Assembly (NCBI GenBank): GCA_001643675.2
Contig: LSRY02000001.1
Location: 1,550,001 to 1,614,000 of the forward strand
DNA: 64,000 bases
Origin: Monocercomonoides exilis PA203
Taxonomy: Eukaryota > Protista > Preaxostyla
Direction of reading: 5' to 3'
The notes beneath the pieces are model-generated. The model was given only the letters and a program-made list of their open reading frames with translations. It had not been told where the DNA came from and made no database searches. A program made the translations under genes and the position numbers. Positions 40,701 to 52,480 of the stretch are shown here, one piece after another; within the stretch, counting starts at the first letter, position 1; each line of letters starts with the position of its first letter.

Positions 40701-41527
40701 CTTGAGATGGAGAAGAATTTGTTGAAGAAGAATTTTCATGTGAAATGGTATCAGATTTTTTGTTTTGTTGAGATGATGTTGAAGATAAAGAAGATTGTTT
40801 TTTATTTGAAGAAGTGTTTTCTGTAACAATATCATTTTCCCATGCATCTTCATCAATAAATCTGGCGTAATCTGGCTCAGCTCGCTGCTTTTTCTTTGCT
40901 GACTGAAGCGAAGTTGAGGCTTCAGTTGAATGGGCTAACATCCAGTTGTTGCCCTTTTCCCAGTCCTGTTCATTTAAGCCTAAAATAAACAGATAAAATT
41001 ATACAAAAAAAAATAAAATAAATACAAACCACTTTTGCAAGACGGAAGATGAGGTTTTTGAGGCTGAATGATTAATCCTTGGTTCTTTTTGAGTGTTTGC
41101 TTCGCATAAATAAATTTGCCTTCTGTCACATCATATCCATAGTCTTGTAAATCGGACAATGATGTGTTTCGAGACAACGCCTGCAGCATTGTTGTCTGAG
41201 TGTGCAATGGAGCGTTGTTGTACACCGCAGACAGGTCTTCCAGCAGCTTAATGTGATATTCTGTTTCAAAAAATAAATAATAAATAAATCAAAAAGAAAA
41301 AAAATAACAGAGAGTTGAAATAATAATTTTAACACAATACAAAAAAAATATAAAACCCAACCATTCAAAGACTTCAGCAAATTATTAATTACTGAAGATG
41401 ATTGCCTGTAAGTGTAAAACAAATAGGCAAGCAACGAATCCACGTCATCTCCACCGATGCGTTTTATTTCATTCCATAAAACTTTGCATCTTGAATTAAG
41501 AGTTGATTGAGGTTTTGACAAAAACAT
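37717..41527 (-). CDS. Sola-like DDD transposase with an embedded USP (peptidase C19) domain; exons 41527-41362, 41260-41030, 40979-37717; 1219 aa
   Basis: Two GT-AG introns splice in frame. USP Cys box GLINLGNTCYLASLLQC, CxxC...CxxC, and His box SGHYIAVIKR...WNICNDADV. Transposase motifs TDLCGMC...H, FVFDFKE, FFSDCLSND, FFCDSGPHNRN and NFFAEHHGKNICDSEFG. Confidence 0.85.
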
Positions 41528-42114
41528 TTTTGTTTTGAATGTATTTTTATAATGGTTAGATGATAAAATAAATATATATGCTTTTGCTCAAATATATGAA
41601 ACATTTTTCTTAATTCTTTAATAATGTTAGGGCTTTGAATTGACCCCAAGAAAAATTGACAAATCGAATATTAAAAGAGTTGGAGAGAATTAATTATTCT
41701 TTTTTAAAATAATCCTTCCAAAAATTATTGAAGAGTCAAAATTGACATGAATCTCAACTCCTTTTGGACTTTATCAAAAAAAAAAAAAAATCATCAAACA
41801 ACAAAATTTGAATTTCTAAAAAAATATTAAAAATGTCATTTATAATACAAAAAATCAGCATTACTGTCTCAATCAAAATTTAAATTATTATAATAGTTAT
41901 TTTTGTGTTTATTAAAAAAAAATGATTTAAGTTGAAATAGGACTATTTTTTAATAATTTTTTTTTGGTAAATGATAAGTTTTTGCAAAAAAAATTTTTTT
42001 TAATGATGATAAATTATGAACAATGAAAATTTATTGCATCGATTGAAATTTATAAATTAAGAATATTTATATAAAAAATGTTTCGAAAATTATTCTTTCT
42101 GAAAATTGTTCGAT

Positions 42115-42305
42115 TTGATCTTATTGATCAATGAAAGACTTTAATTACTTGGAAATTTGCAGAAATCGTTTTTGCATAAATGAATCTTTTCTTTATATCA
42201 TTTGTACCATTCACAGTCAAAAAATTATCATTTCTGCAAATTGCAGATCAACAAAAAATTCGAAATTTGAAATGGGTTTATAACAAGAAAAATAAAATTT
42301 GATTA
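42115..42305. repeat. Inner diverged inverted repeat, right copy
   Basis: Reverse complement of 36600-36795. Confidence 0.75.
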
Positions 42306-42564
42306 TCTTATGAAAAACTTCGTTTATTGAGGAAATTGCATAAGATATAATTCATATCGTAGTTTACTACTTCATCTTCTGTTGTGTTCTTCAAAAGATA
42401 CGCCCAATTCACTACTCTTCCATTTGACATAAACAATGCTGTTCTCTCCTTCGCTGCTTCTCGTTAGAAGCAACAGAAGAAAATTTTGTTTCAATCTGAT
42501 AGAAAATTTGAATATTTTTTTTCTTCTTCATCTATTTCACCTCCATCCTCCTCTCTCGTTCAAG

Positions 42565-43380
42565 ACATTCCCACACAATCCTCTTCGGCCCTGTTGGCTA
42601 TGGCAAATCAGCGCTGCTTGCATCAATTCTGGGAGAGACTATCTGTTTGGAAGGGAAGGGTTATTTGAAGGGAAAGGTGGCTTATGTGCCTCAGGTGTGT
42701 AATTAAAGATGAATAAAAGAAAATTAGTTATTATTTATTATTATTATTTTAATAACTTTATCTCTTCTAAACATTATATTTATCATTTCTTTTTCTGATT
42801 ATATTTAAGTTTTTTATTCTCCTTCTAATATACATCACAAATCTGTTCCTCCATCATTTCAATCACAGATTCCCTTCATCTTCAACGATACCATCAAATC
42901 CAACATCCTCTTCCACACTTCCTTCGACCCCGTCCGCTACACTCGTGTCATTCAAGCATGTTGTCTGGAACAAAACTTGGTCATTCTTCCTGGCGGAGAC
43001 GAAGCAGAAGTGGGCAAAAGAGGATACAACCTGTCGGAAGGGCAGCGAATGAGGATAGCTCTTGCAAGGGCTGTCTATTAATCTTCTGAGGTGTTTGTGT
43101 TGCATAACATTTTGGTGAGTGTCGATGCTCATGTGGGACAAACACCAGTCGCAAAGTGCATCATCCAGCTGCTGAAGGGGAAGACTGTCTTGTTCACACA
43201 CACCACGCGAAATATTTGGCTAATTTTGACACAGCCATCGCGATGGAGGAGGATGGGAGGATCAGAAAGATAGGCGTGGCGGAGGAGTTTAAGGGGATTG
43301 TGAAGGAGATTATGGTGATTGTGAAGGAAAAGAAGGAAGAAAGGAAAGGAAGAGGAGAAGGAGAAGAGGAGGAGAAGTGA
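42565..43380 (+). pseudogene. ABCC/MRP-type ABC transporter NBD1 fragment, with intron 42695-42868
   Basis: Walker A GPVGYGKS, VAYVPQ|IPFIFNDTIKSNILF, degenerate signature LSEGQRMRIALARAVY, stop at 43079-43081, degenerate Walker B, frameshift near 43200; no TM domain. Confidence 0.88.
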
Positions 43381-43599
43381 GGAGAAAGAGAAAGAGAAAC
43401 ATTGGGAGATAATTTTGAAAACAATTGTGAGAAGAAGATTAAAGATGCAAATGACATTCCTTCTCCACCACCATCATCTTCTTCTTCTTCTCCATTCAAT
43501 TTGACTCACTCAAACACTTCACATTCTCCACCCATTTCACCCATTTCACATTCACCTTCACTATTATCTTCTTCTCCTTCTTCTTCCATTCAAACTCCT

Positions 43600-43975
43600 C
43601 TTTCTCTTTCTCCTTCTCCATCTTCTCCTTCTTCATCATCCTCATCCTCTTCCTCTTACTCTTCCTCCTCTCCTTCTCCCTTTTTTTCTTCCATTATTTC
43701 TTCTTCTTCTTCCTCTTCTTCCTCCTCCTCCTCTTCCTCTTCTTCTTCCTCCCTTTCTTCTTCTTCTTCTTCTTCTTCCTCTCCTCTCACTCCTGTCATC
43801 TCCTTCAGTCGTTCTGGTGCCCTCGCCTTTTCTCCTTCCACCACTCGATCTTCCATCACTTATCCCCTTCTTCCTCTTCAGCATATGAATCTAAATTGCT
43901 CAAATGTTTCTTCTTCTTCTTCTTCTTCTTCTTCTTCTTCTCTTCTTCTTCTTCTTCTTCTTTCTTCTCATCCTC
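43600..43975 (+). repeat. (TCT/TCC)n low-complexity tracts
   Basis: Long pyrimidine trinucleotide runs. Confidence 0.85.
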
Positions 43976-43999
43976 CTCTTCCTCCCCAACCAACCTCCT

Positions 44000-45530
44000 A
44001 TCAATCAAGCACAGCTTTGGGCGTTCGTTCAAAGAAAAGCGGTGGAATGTGATTGAGCTGTGTGCCAGTGTTGTTTACAGGTATTTTTTGTCGATAGAAG
44101 TTCCACCTTCGCTGCGCTGTGTGTTTTCTATTGAACAGTTAATGGTCTGCGGCTTCGACGACATCCGCAGGCTGAGGGGACTCAACGCCATGTCCAACGT
44201 GGCAAACCAGAATTGTATGGGAAATTTTGAATTTATTTTATAAAAAATAATGTATTTGATTAATTGTTTCATTTATTTTTTTTTAATCTGTATTTCACTT
44301 TTCAAATATTTATCTTAATCAAAATTTTTTGTTCACTCTCAAATGATGAATAGTGATGATGGTGGACTAATGGCAATGATTTTACAATTGTCTTGCAAAG
44401 CAATAAAGATTATTTGCTGAATGATGCTGTTGCAAAGCAATTGATCAGATTCATGAGGTTTGTCAGAAAATATTTATTGAGATTTTGTTCACAAGTTTTT
44501 CTTTCTTTCTTCTTTTTGATCAAATTCTTTTTCTTCTTCATTTTAACGCTCACTTTTTCGCTAGTTCGTTTCATTATACAAAAATACGCAAATATATTCA
44601 CATTCAGTTTTCGATGGTATCCTCTTGTCTCTTCTTCTCTTCGTGTGACCAACAAGTTCATCACAAACTGTGCTGTGTTCCACTCCGTGTTCCTGCGCAA
44701 AGGCATTCTCCAGCCCATCCACCTCCTGCTGTACTCGTGTTGCGCCTAATACAGCAACAAGGCTTCTTCTATTCTTCTCTTGCTGACCAGCAAGTCGTTC
44801 AATCTGTTTGCCAGCTCGCATGACAAGGCGCTGTTTAACGAGCTGGTCGAGCTGATGTACTCACCACAGGCAATTGTGCGGAACAACGCGTCTGAAATCG
44901 TCGAGGCGCTTGCTGAAGGAAGAGGGCTGGATGAAGAAGGAGAAGGAGAGGGAAAACGGGATGGAGGATATGGTGGAATGCCACGGAGGGGATATGATGG
45001 AAGTGTGATATTTGGGGATACGAAGGAGAAGAGAAACGAGAAGGATAAAGAAGCCAACAACGAGCCAACAGTTACGAAGGAAGAGCTGCTGCGTCGTTTG
45101 CTGAGCTGGGGCGTTGTTTCGAATCTTGTTGGCGTCCTGGCGTCGCCAACGGCAACTGACATAGCAAAAATAGGAGCTGATGGTACTTTGCTTAATCTGT
45201 ATGCAGCTGTTTGGAAAAAGAAGAATACGAGAAGATACGGAGGAGGAGGAGGATGAAGAGAATGAAGAAAAGGAGAGTGTTACGAAAGAGATGAAGAAGA
45301 AGAAGAAGATTGGTGTTCATATCCAGCTTCTCCTCAACGCAAGGTCATTCGCCCACTTTGTATCGACTGCGTTCTTTTCTGTGCTCATCTTTGCCGCAGA
45401 TTGCATAGATAGCCTCAGTACTAATTCTATGCTACTCCGATCCCACCATTACATGCTCCACCCACAGCCTGAAGAAATCATGCAGCTTCTCCACATCAGT
45501 AGAAGGCGGAGCAAAACAGCCACAGTGTAA
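44000..45530 (+). pseudogene. Decayed ARM-repeat-like gene fragment with intron-like AT-rich gaps
   Basis: Same-frame ORFs split by TAA at 44747-44749; LFNELVELMYSPQAIVRNNASEIV and WGVVSNLVGVLAS look like armadillo helices. Confidence 0.55.
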
Positions 45531-46864
45531 CATGGTCCAATGAGAAGAGAAGAACTGCCATATCTGAGTCACCGAGCGCACTCCTCAATAACAAGAATGA
45601 TTTTCTTCTTTCAGATTCGTATTTGAAAGAGGGAATAATCAATTCCTCAACCATTTGCTTCTTCTCCTTCATTCCCTTCCTCTTCTTCTTCTCCCAAGCT
45701 GCAACTTATTCCACAATCTGAATTCTTGCTGATTGGTAACGCTCACAGAACAGCAAATTGAACAGAACTTATTGGCTTCTCAGAAAGCTCCGATGAAGCT
45801 CAATATATTTAATTCTGTAAGAGAACATGGGCGAGAGCAGTGGGATCAGAAGGGAAAAGATAAAGCGTTCAGAATGAGTCTCACTTTCAAGGGAGGGAAG
45901 AGCTGTGCATGCCATTGTTTAATTGCTGCTGATGCCGAGAGCCTAAGGAAGAGAAAGAGAAGATAGAAGGTTTGAAAGTAGAGCGGAAGGATATTAATTT
46001 TGATCATCAAAGCGAGTAGCTTGTTTAGTGATAGATATTGTTGCTATAGTGAGAGATGAGAGAGATGATGGAGAGAGAGTCAAAGGAAGTGGAAGCAAAA
46101 ACGAAAGAAAAGGAGAACAAGAGAAAGAGGAAGAGAAAGATGAAAAAAAGAAAAAAATGGCATAAACAAAAAACGAATGATGGCTCAGGCGAATTCAATG
46201 ATAATTTCGACACATGAGCTGCTAGAGCAGGAACTTTGGAAAAGAACGCAGTTAACGAAATGAGATTTTGAAATATGTCGAGTAGAAATGATGGGAAACG
46301 ATGAAGTGAATCGAGAAAAAAATAAAAACTGTATTTTCATAAAGAACAAAAAGAGAAGCGAAGGAGTTGAGTCAATTATTTTTATAAACTGCAGTTTCCA
46401 AAATAGCACAATCTTCGTTTGCTGAATCTGTTGAGCAGATCAGCAGATATAGAAATTTTTTGATGAGGTTTCAGATTGATAAATGGAAAACACATTTCTT
46501 TTTCTTCGGATAAATGAAAAATTATATATTTGTTTCATTTTTTAAAGTTCTTTAAATATTTTTTCCCCTTTCATTAGCTTTGTTTAACAGGTTAAGTATC
46601 TTTTTTTTCTTTTTTTATGTGTTTTATTGGTTAACTTTATTAATTTTTGTTTATTTAAATTAAACTTGATCAAAAAATCCTTTTTAACGAAAAACATTTT
46701 AAAGGTGTGGTTTTTGCATATGAAAATAAAACAAATATTTATAACAGAAATTAAAGTTAAATACTTGCAAAAAATCATTTTTAACTTGATGATCAAAAAA
46801 TACCACAATAGATTTTATTTTTTCGATTTTTGATCTTTTTTTATGATATCAAAAAAAATCACCC

Positions 46865-46945
46865 ATATATGAAATTGGTTGGTTAATTCGAAAGAAAATG
46901 TCATATGTGCAGGTTTTTTCCCTTGTACGGGTTTTTTCCCTCACC
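46865..46945. repeat. Right arm of the ~80-bp inverted repeat (partner 26630-26709)
   Basis: Near-identical reverse complement. Confidence 0.9.
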
Positions 46946-47362
46946 ATTTGACAATTAACATTTATGATAAATCTCGATAAATTTTTTGTCTCGTATTTGT
47001 TGCAATTCTTTTTCTTTTAAGCTTTTCAGCTAATCCGTAGAATAATAGTGCTATCGGCACATGAGTTACTAAGATAAGCTAATATGACTTCTTCACCATT
47101 TGGCAAGATTGATAAAAAGGGTAAATTGCTAAACAATTGAATAATAAAGAGATAAATTTGTCCTTTCACAGTGCAATTGGATTTCATTTCATTATTTCGT
47201 CAAAATGTTTAAATTTTTTTGTAAAGTTCCTTTAGTTGAATTTTCAAATAAAATAAGAATTTCATTTTTCAATCTAATTTCTGTTCCCACTCACCATATT
47301 TTTCTGTCAAGAAAATAAAATCTTGGCATTGGTATTATTTTTTTTGTGAAGTTTCATGTATA

Positions 47363-47745
47363 CCTCTGTGACATGACAAGAGAAAATTGAAAAAATGACA
47401 AAATGACTGACAAGATAATTATGACTAGTCAAAAAGGGTTATTCATAATGATTTCATAATTCTTAATTACAATAATAATTAATTTGAAAATCTTCTTGAA
47501 ATAATTCTTATTATTTTGATTAAATAATATTTTTTTATTAATGTGATCAAGTTCCCAATATTTATTTTATTTGACACGAAATGTCGGTTGAGGAATATTT
47601 TTGTCACAATTTGTCATTGACTGTCACTGACAGTCACTGACAAAATACAAAAAACGACAAAATATTACAGATGCTATCAACAAATCTTTTCCATAGTGCT
47701 TTGAAAAGTCTTTAGAAGTTTTCGCAATATTTTATTTTATATTAT

Positions 47746-47802
<57 letters not shown>

Positions 47803-47841
47803 GACAGACGAGGCTTCAAGTTATTTGTCAGGTCACAGAGG
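47363..47841. mobile_element. 479-bp MITE with 17-bp TIRs, TA TSD and an internal 51-nt poly(T)
   Basis: TA|CCTCTGTGACATGACAA ... TTGTCAGGTCACAGAGG|TA (16/17 match), with many internal TGACA motifs. Confidence 0.75.
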
Positions 47842-48290
47842 TATTGTTTCATGAAAAAGAACAGAAATTTGATTGAAATATGAAATTTTTTTTTGAAAAT
47901 TAAACTAATGGAACTTTTCAAATAAAATTTAATTAAATAAAAGTTTAAGTTTGAATTTATCCAATAATTAGATTAAATTTTTTTGTTTTTCATCAAATAA
48001 CGAGAAATAATTTTAAAATTTCATCAAATTTGCAATATTTTTATCCACATTTCTGAAACTCGAAAGATGAATTCTTAATTCATTGAATGCTTCCCTGTTT
48101 TGCATTCCTTCTGGAAAAATAACAGAAATTTGCTAAATAAATGCAAGGTGAATGAATTATTCTTTTTTGATTGTGTGAATATAACAGATGTTGGCATTTG
48201 AGGCTTAACCAAAAGTTATTTGAATTCGCAAAAAATATTTAATAATATATTTTTCAATGAGTAAAAAACCCGTCACAAAGTTAAAAACCC

Positions 48291-48292
<2 letters not shown>

Positions 48293-48355
<63 letters not shown>

Positions 48356-48394
48356 GACAGACGAGGCTTCAAGTTATTTGTCAGGTCACAGAGG
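48293..48394. repeat. Second copy of poly(T) plus the identical 42-bp tail of the 47363-47841 element
   Basis: T60 followed by AATGACAGACGAGGCTTCAAGTTATTTGTCAGGTCACAGAGG, identical to 47800-47841. Confidence 0.9.
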
Positions 48395-48949
48395 AATAGT
48401 AAAAATTGTTAATGTTATATTTTTTTAAAAAAAAATGAAAGTTGTCACAGACGCAACAGAAGTTACTTCTTATCTAATGTTCAATTTATTACATCCTTTG
48501 TCTTTATTGCATTTAGTGAATAAGAATAAAAGAAATTATTGCATAAAACATTCAATACAAAACAAACAATTTATTTTAAGCCATATGGGTGATTATTTTT
48601 GAAATCATTACTTTTTTCGGGATGCTGATTATTTAGATAATTCATTGTCAGAGAGAATCAATTAACCTTTGAAATGAAAAAATCATTTCAATTGTGTCAA
48701 AAGCCAATATTTGATGAAAATGGAATACAACGATTGTCTTTATTGGATTTATCACTTTTCTGTGTCCATTTATCAATATTCAAAACGATATTATCAAATC
48801 GAATTTTTTGTTCAAAAAAATATAATTTCAAAAATAATCATCCAAATGTTCAAAAGTTGGGCAAAAAAAGTAAATATGATTTTTAACAAAAAGAATTATA
48901 AAACAAACTAATTAATATTTCCATCTATTCGTTATCATCATGCTGTATT

Positions 48950-50420
48950 TTATATTTTTTGCTTTCAAATTGAGTTGTATCTTCTGCGCTTTCCTTATGC
49001 TCACTTTTCCATTCATCTTTTTCGTAATCTTCGTCATCTTCATATATAAAATCGTTGTCAATTTTTTTTCTTTCTTGTTCTGATGATTCTTTTGGTTAAA
49101 TTGCGGTTGTCAGAATTAGTGTAGTGATCATTGTCATTGAATAAATCATCTTCTGTTTGTGTGGTTCAATCAATGCTATGTTTTTCAACGATTTTCATAT
49201 CCATTTAATGCTTTCTTGATGATTTTTCTTTGCGTTTTAGGGAAAATGAACCAATCAATTCATTGTTAACTTCATTAGAAGAAATTCCTGAAGAAGATTT
49301 TGAAGGAGATCCACTTATTTTGGTGAGAACTTGCGAAGCTGCCAGTGGCCAGATTCCTGTGTTGAGAAATGCAGTTTTAATTACCGATGGAGTGGTCGCT
49401 GCAGGGATTGCGTCTGGTAACACCCCAGCAAGAATCTTTCTATTTGAAGAAGATGAATTATCGATTGGCACTTTGTAATTATTGTATAACGTTCTTTTCA
49501 ATCTGGCGAAAATTTCATTATCACATGGCTGGAGGAGATGAGTCATGTTTGTCGGAAAAATTTTAATGAAGATTCCGTTATTTTCAGCATCACTAATCAC
49601 TTCTGGACATGGATGTGTAGAATGGTTGTCAAGAAGAAGAAGAAGAGCCTTTTTCGAAGATGTTGATTGTATTTTTTGATGAATGAGAGGAATCCAATTT
49701 TTAAGCATGATGATTTTGAAAATTTCAGTTGTAATCCATCCTAAAGGCTCAGGAATATAATTTATTTTTTAATATTTCTAATATGAAAACTCTTCAGGCA
49801 TTTTTTTCTTTATCAAAAGAAAAATATGATATAGACAAGAACCATCAGAATATAAACAAATGCAAAAAGTTGCGATGGAAGTTTTTCGAGGATCTGGAGG
49901 AGAAGGAGGGATCTGATCTTTCAAACAGATTACTAATTTTGACGAACTTTCTCCGATTCTCACAGAAGATTCGTCAAAATAGAAAATATGTGTAATTCTT
50001 TTTGAAAAGTCGCAAATGTTGAATTTTCAAATAAATTTAAAAATTCACATTTTGCTCACATTTCGGTTTCCACTCACGAATCTTCCTAAGAATGTTTGAA
50101 ATAGCATAATTCAGAAATAGATTCCATATTCGTGAAGTTTGATGTATGTCAACGAAAATTTGAGTATTATATGAAAATTTTGATTTATTTGTTTAATAAA
50201 ACATTTGCAACTTTTCAAAAAGAATCACACATATTGGAAACTTCGATGTTGTTATCTTTGACGATTCTTTTCACTTCTTCAAACCAACTCGTCATACTTT
50301 CAGGGTTCTGTGATCGAATTTGTGCAATTTCCAGTGGTCTCGCCAGGACCGCTTATTATATGGAGCTTCTTTGAACCAAATAATTAAATAAATTCGAATG
50401 GAATTTTTCGTTTTCTTCCT
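48950..50420 (-). pseudogene. pogo/Fot1-like (DDE_1) transposase pseudogene, copy B
   Basis: GWITTEIF, LLLLDNHSTH and THLLQPCDNEIF motifs; upstream part fragmented. Confidence 0.8.
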
Positions 50421-50482
50421 CATTTGTTGATTCAGTGTTCAGTATTTTCATTGCCTATGAAAATTAAGATTTGAAATAATAT

Positions 50483-50751
50483 GGGATAAAATATTTGACT
50501 TCAGGCATTTTCATTGAAAAATTTTGCATCTGAGATGAACTTTTTGTGATCAAAGAATTTGAAATAATTGGATTTATTTTATGCAATACAAGTGAGATCA
50601 CAAAACATAATGTTGTCATATCAATGATGTTTGTATTCATATTTGAAAATCAAATTTATTTTGAAATCTGAAAGTTATTGAAAAAAATTATTTGTTAATC
50701 AATTTTTTCTTGCTTTGTGCATAAAAAGCTTGAAAGTCTATATTTTCCCCC
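50483..50751. mobile_element. ~268-bp GGG-terminated MITE, copy 3 (ATAT TSD)
   Basis: Homologous to copy 1; ATAT at 50479-50482 and 50752-50755. Confidence 0.8.
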
Positions 50752-50774
50752 ATATTATAAAAAATACGAAAACC

Positions 50775-51094
50775 ATTTCCTGTATCTGCTTCATTTTAAC
50801 AACAACTCCTTCTGATAATTAAGACAAAACCTGATTTTCAATTTATTCCAGTTGCTCAGAATTGATGAAAGATGGGATTCCTTCTTTTTTAATATCTCTG
50901 TTTTCCTTTTCAGCTGTTTGGCCTCTGTACCAAGCCTGCCTTGTAGTTGCTTTTGCATTGACTGCCACATTCACTGTCAATGGATATGTTTTCTTAATTT
51001 CAAAAATTTTTCGAGATCTGGAATGAATTGTCCGATATTCTCTTGTAGCAGCTATCCGAAGAAGCTCTTCAGAAGAAATTGATTTCTTTTCCAT
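50775..51094 (-). pseudogene. N-terminal fragment of a pogo-like transposase
   Basis: Basic N-terminal segment similar in layout to exon 1 of copy A; contains stops and ends next to MITE copy 3. Confidence 0.45.
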
Positions 51095-51615
51095 TTCAAA
51101 AAAGGGAATGATCACAATGAGTAAAATGGCTAAAATATTGTTTGAAAGTCAAATCAAATAAACCAACCGAAAACAGTTAAAAATTTGGTATGATAATTTC
51201 CTTTCACTTTTAATTTGCATAATTTTATTTCAAAATTTCAACAACAAATATGGAATTACGAATTATCATTCTATCAAGTGAATAACAGTTAAAGAGAAGA
51301 AATACATCGAAATAATATGAAAAGTTTTAAATTTCCAACTTCAAATGTTTCATCAGTCAACATTCAGTTTGAACAAGCTAATGTTTTTTATGAAAGAAAA
51401 AAGATCTTTTTTTTAAAGTTCCGGTTTTTTTTTTTTTTTTTTTTTTCTTTGTTCTGTGTTTTTTACTCATTGAATGAAAGGAAAAGTTTTTTAACGCTAT
51501 TTAATCAAAAATGTCATTCATTGCCATTGTATTCATCAAAATATTTTGAAAATAATCTCGAAAATTCGTTTTCACTTGGTGTTGAGCGTATTGAATAATT
51601 ATCATAATGAAAATA

Positions 51616-51993
51616 CAGTTTGCGCAAAAAATACAGGACAAGATAGATTCCAAAATAACTGCAAGACGAATAATTCTGACAATTTTCCTCAAAATGTATC
51701 TCATCAAAACAAACTCAATTGATAAACGAGACTCACAAAATAGCTTTATTTGTGCTCAGAAAAATTAATTATTAAAAACTCGGAGAAACAGAATTTTGAG
51801 TTTCTCAAAAATTTCGATATATATTTTTTTCTGAGCACAAATGAAGCTATTTTGTGAGTCTCGTTTATCAATTGAGTTTGTTTTGATGAGATATATTTTG
51901 AGGAAAATTGTCAGAATTTTTCTTTTTGCGGTTGTTGAGAAATCGATCCTGTCTAGTATTTTTTGCGATGTCCGGGATTTTTTGCACAAACTG
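51616..51993. mobile_element. Fold-back MITE with CAGT termini and ~145-bp inverted arms
   Basis: TA|CAGTTTGCGCAAAAAAT ... ATTTTTTGCACAAACTG; 51620-51765 is inverted at about 51826-51970. Confidence 0.78.
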
Positions 51994-52480
51994 TGATGTC
52001 AAAATTTGTATTTAATTTTTAACAAATAAAGAAGTTGCTCGATTATTGTTAACACAAGAGTGCAAGTTGAGCTTTATCAATTTCCATCAACTTCAAAACA
52101 CATTTCGAAAAATTACACTTTTATAAAAAAAGACAAAATATAATTTGTTTTTCTAAAATTGCATGCGAATCAGCTAAAGTTAAAAAGAAAAAAATGCTAG
52201 AAAATAATATCGTTTTTATTTTTAAATGATTGAAAAAGAAAACTTTTAACAAACCAAAGATTGAACAAATGCAAAATCTATTTGATCAAATTTACCATAA
52301 AAATTATTATTTTTTGATCGCAAATAAGATAGAAAAATTAAAGAGATTGAGCCAATTGATATTAATTTTACAAAATTCAAATTGATCAAATCAATTAGAA
52401 TTAACTGAATAATTTCAAAGCATGTACAATACGAACAATTAATCTTCAACGATTCTTATATATTTATAAAACCTTCAGAA

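Larger units (their letters stand above)
27371..46864. mobile_element. Candidate 19.5-kb cargo-carrying Sola-like DNA transposon
   Basis: Identical 28-bp TIRs GGGTGATTTTTTTTGATATCATAAAAAA (27371-27398; 46837-46864), ATAT on both outer sides, a central intact transposase gene and decayed gene fragments inside. Confidence 0.68.

Noticed and set aside
43402-44052. 216-aa poly-Ser ORF as a real gene
   Set aside because: Open only because of microsatellite content; it lies among pseudogene fragments.
27950-45530. Alternative genetic code or stop readthrough explaining in-frame stops in the cargo
   Set aside because: All three stop types occur together with frameshifts; intact genes end in TAA or TGA and the 16-kb ORF needs no reassignment.
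26630-46945. Mutator/Merlin or Maverick/Polinton identity for the outer inverted repeat
   Set aside because: No 8-9-bp TSD at the outer ends, and no integrase, polymerase B or capsid genes inside.
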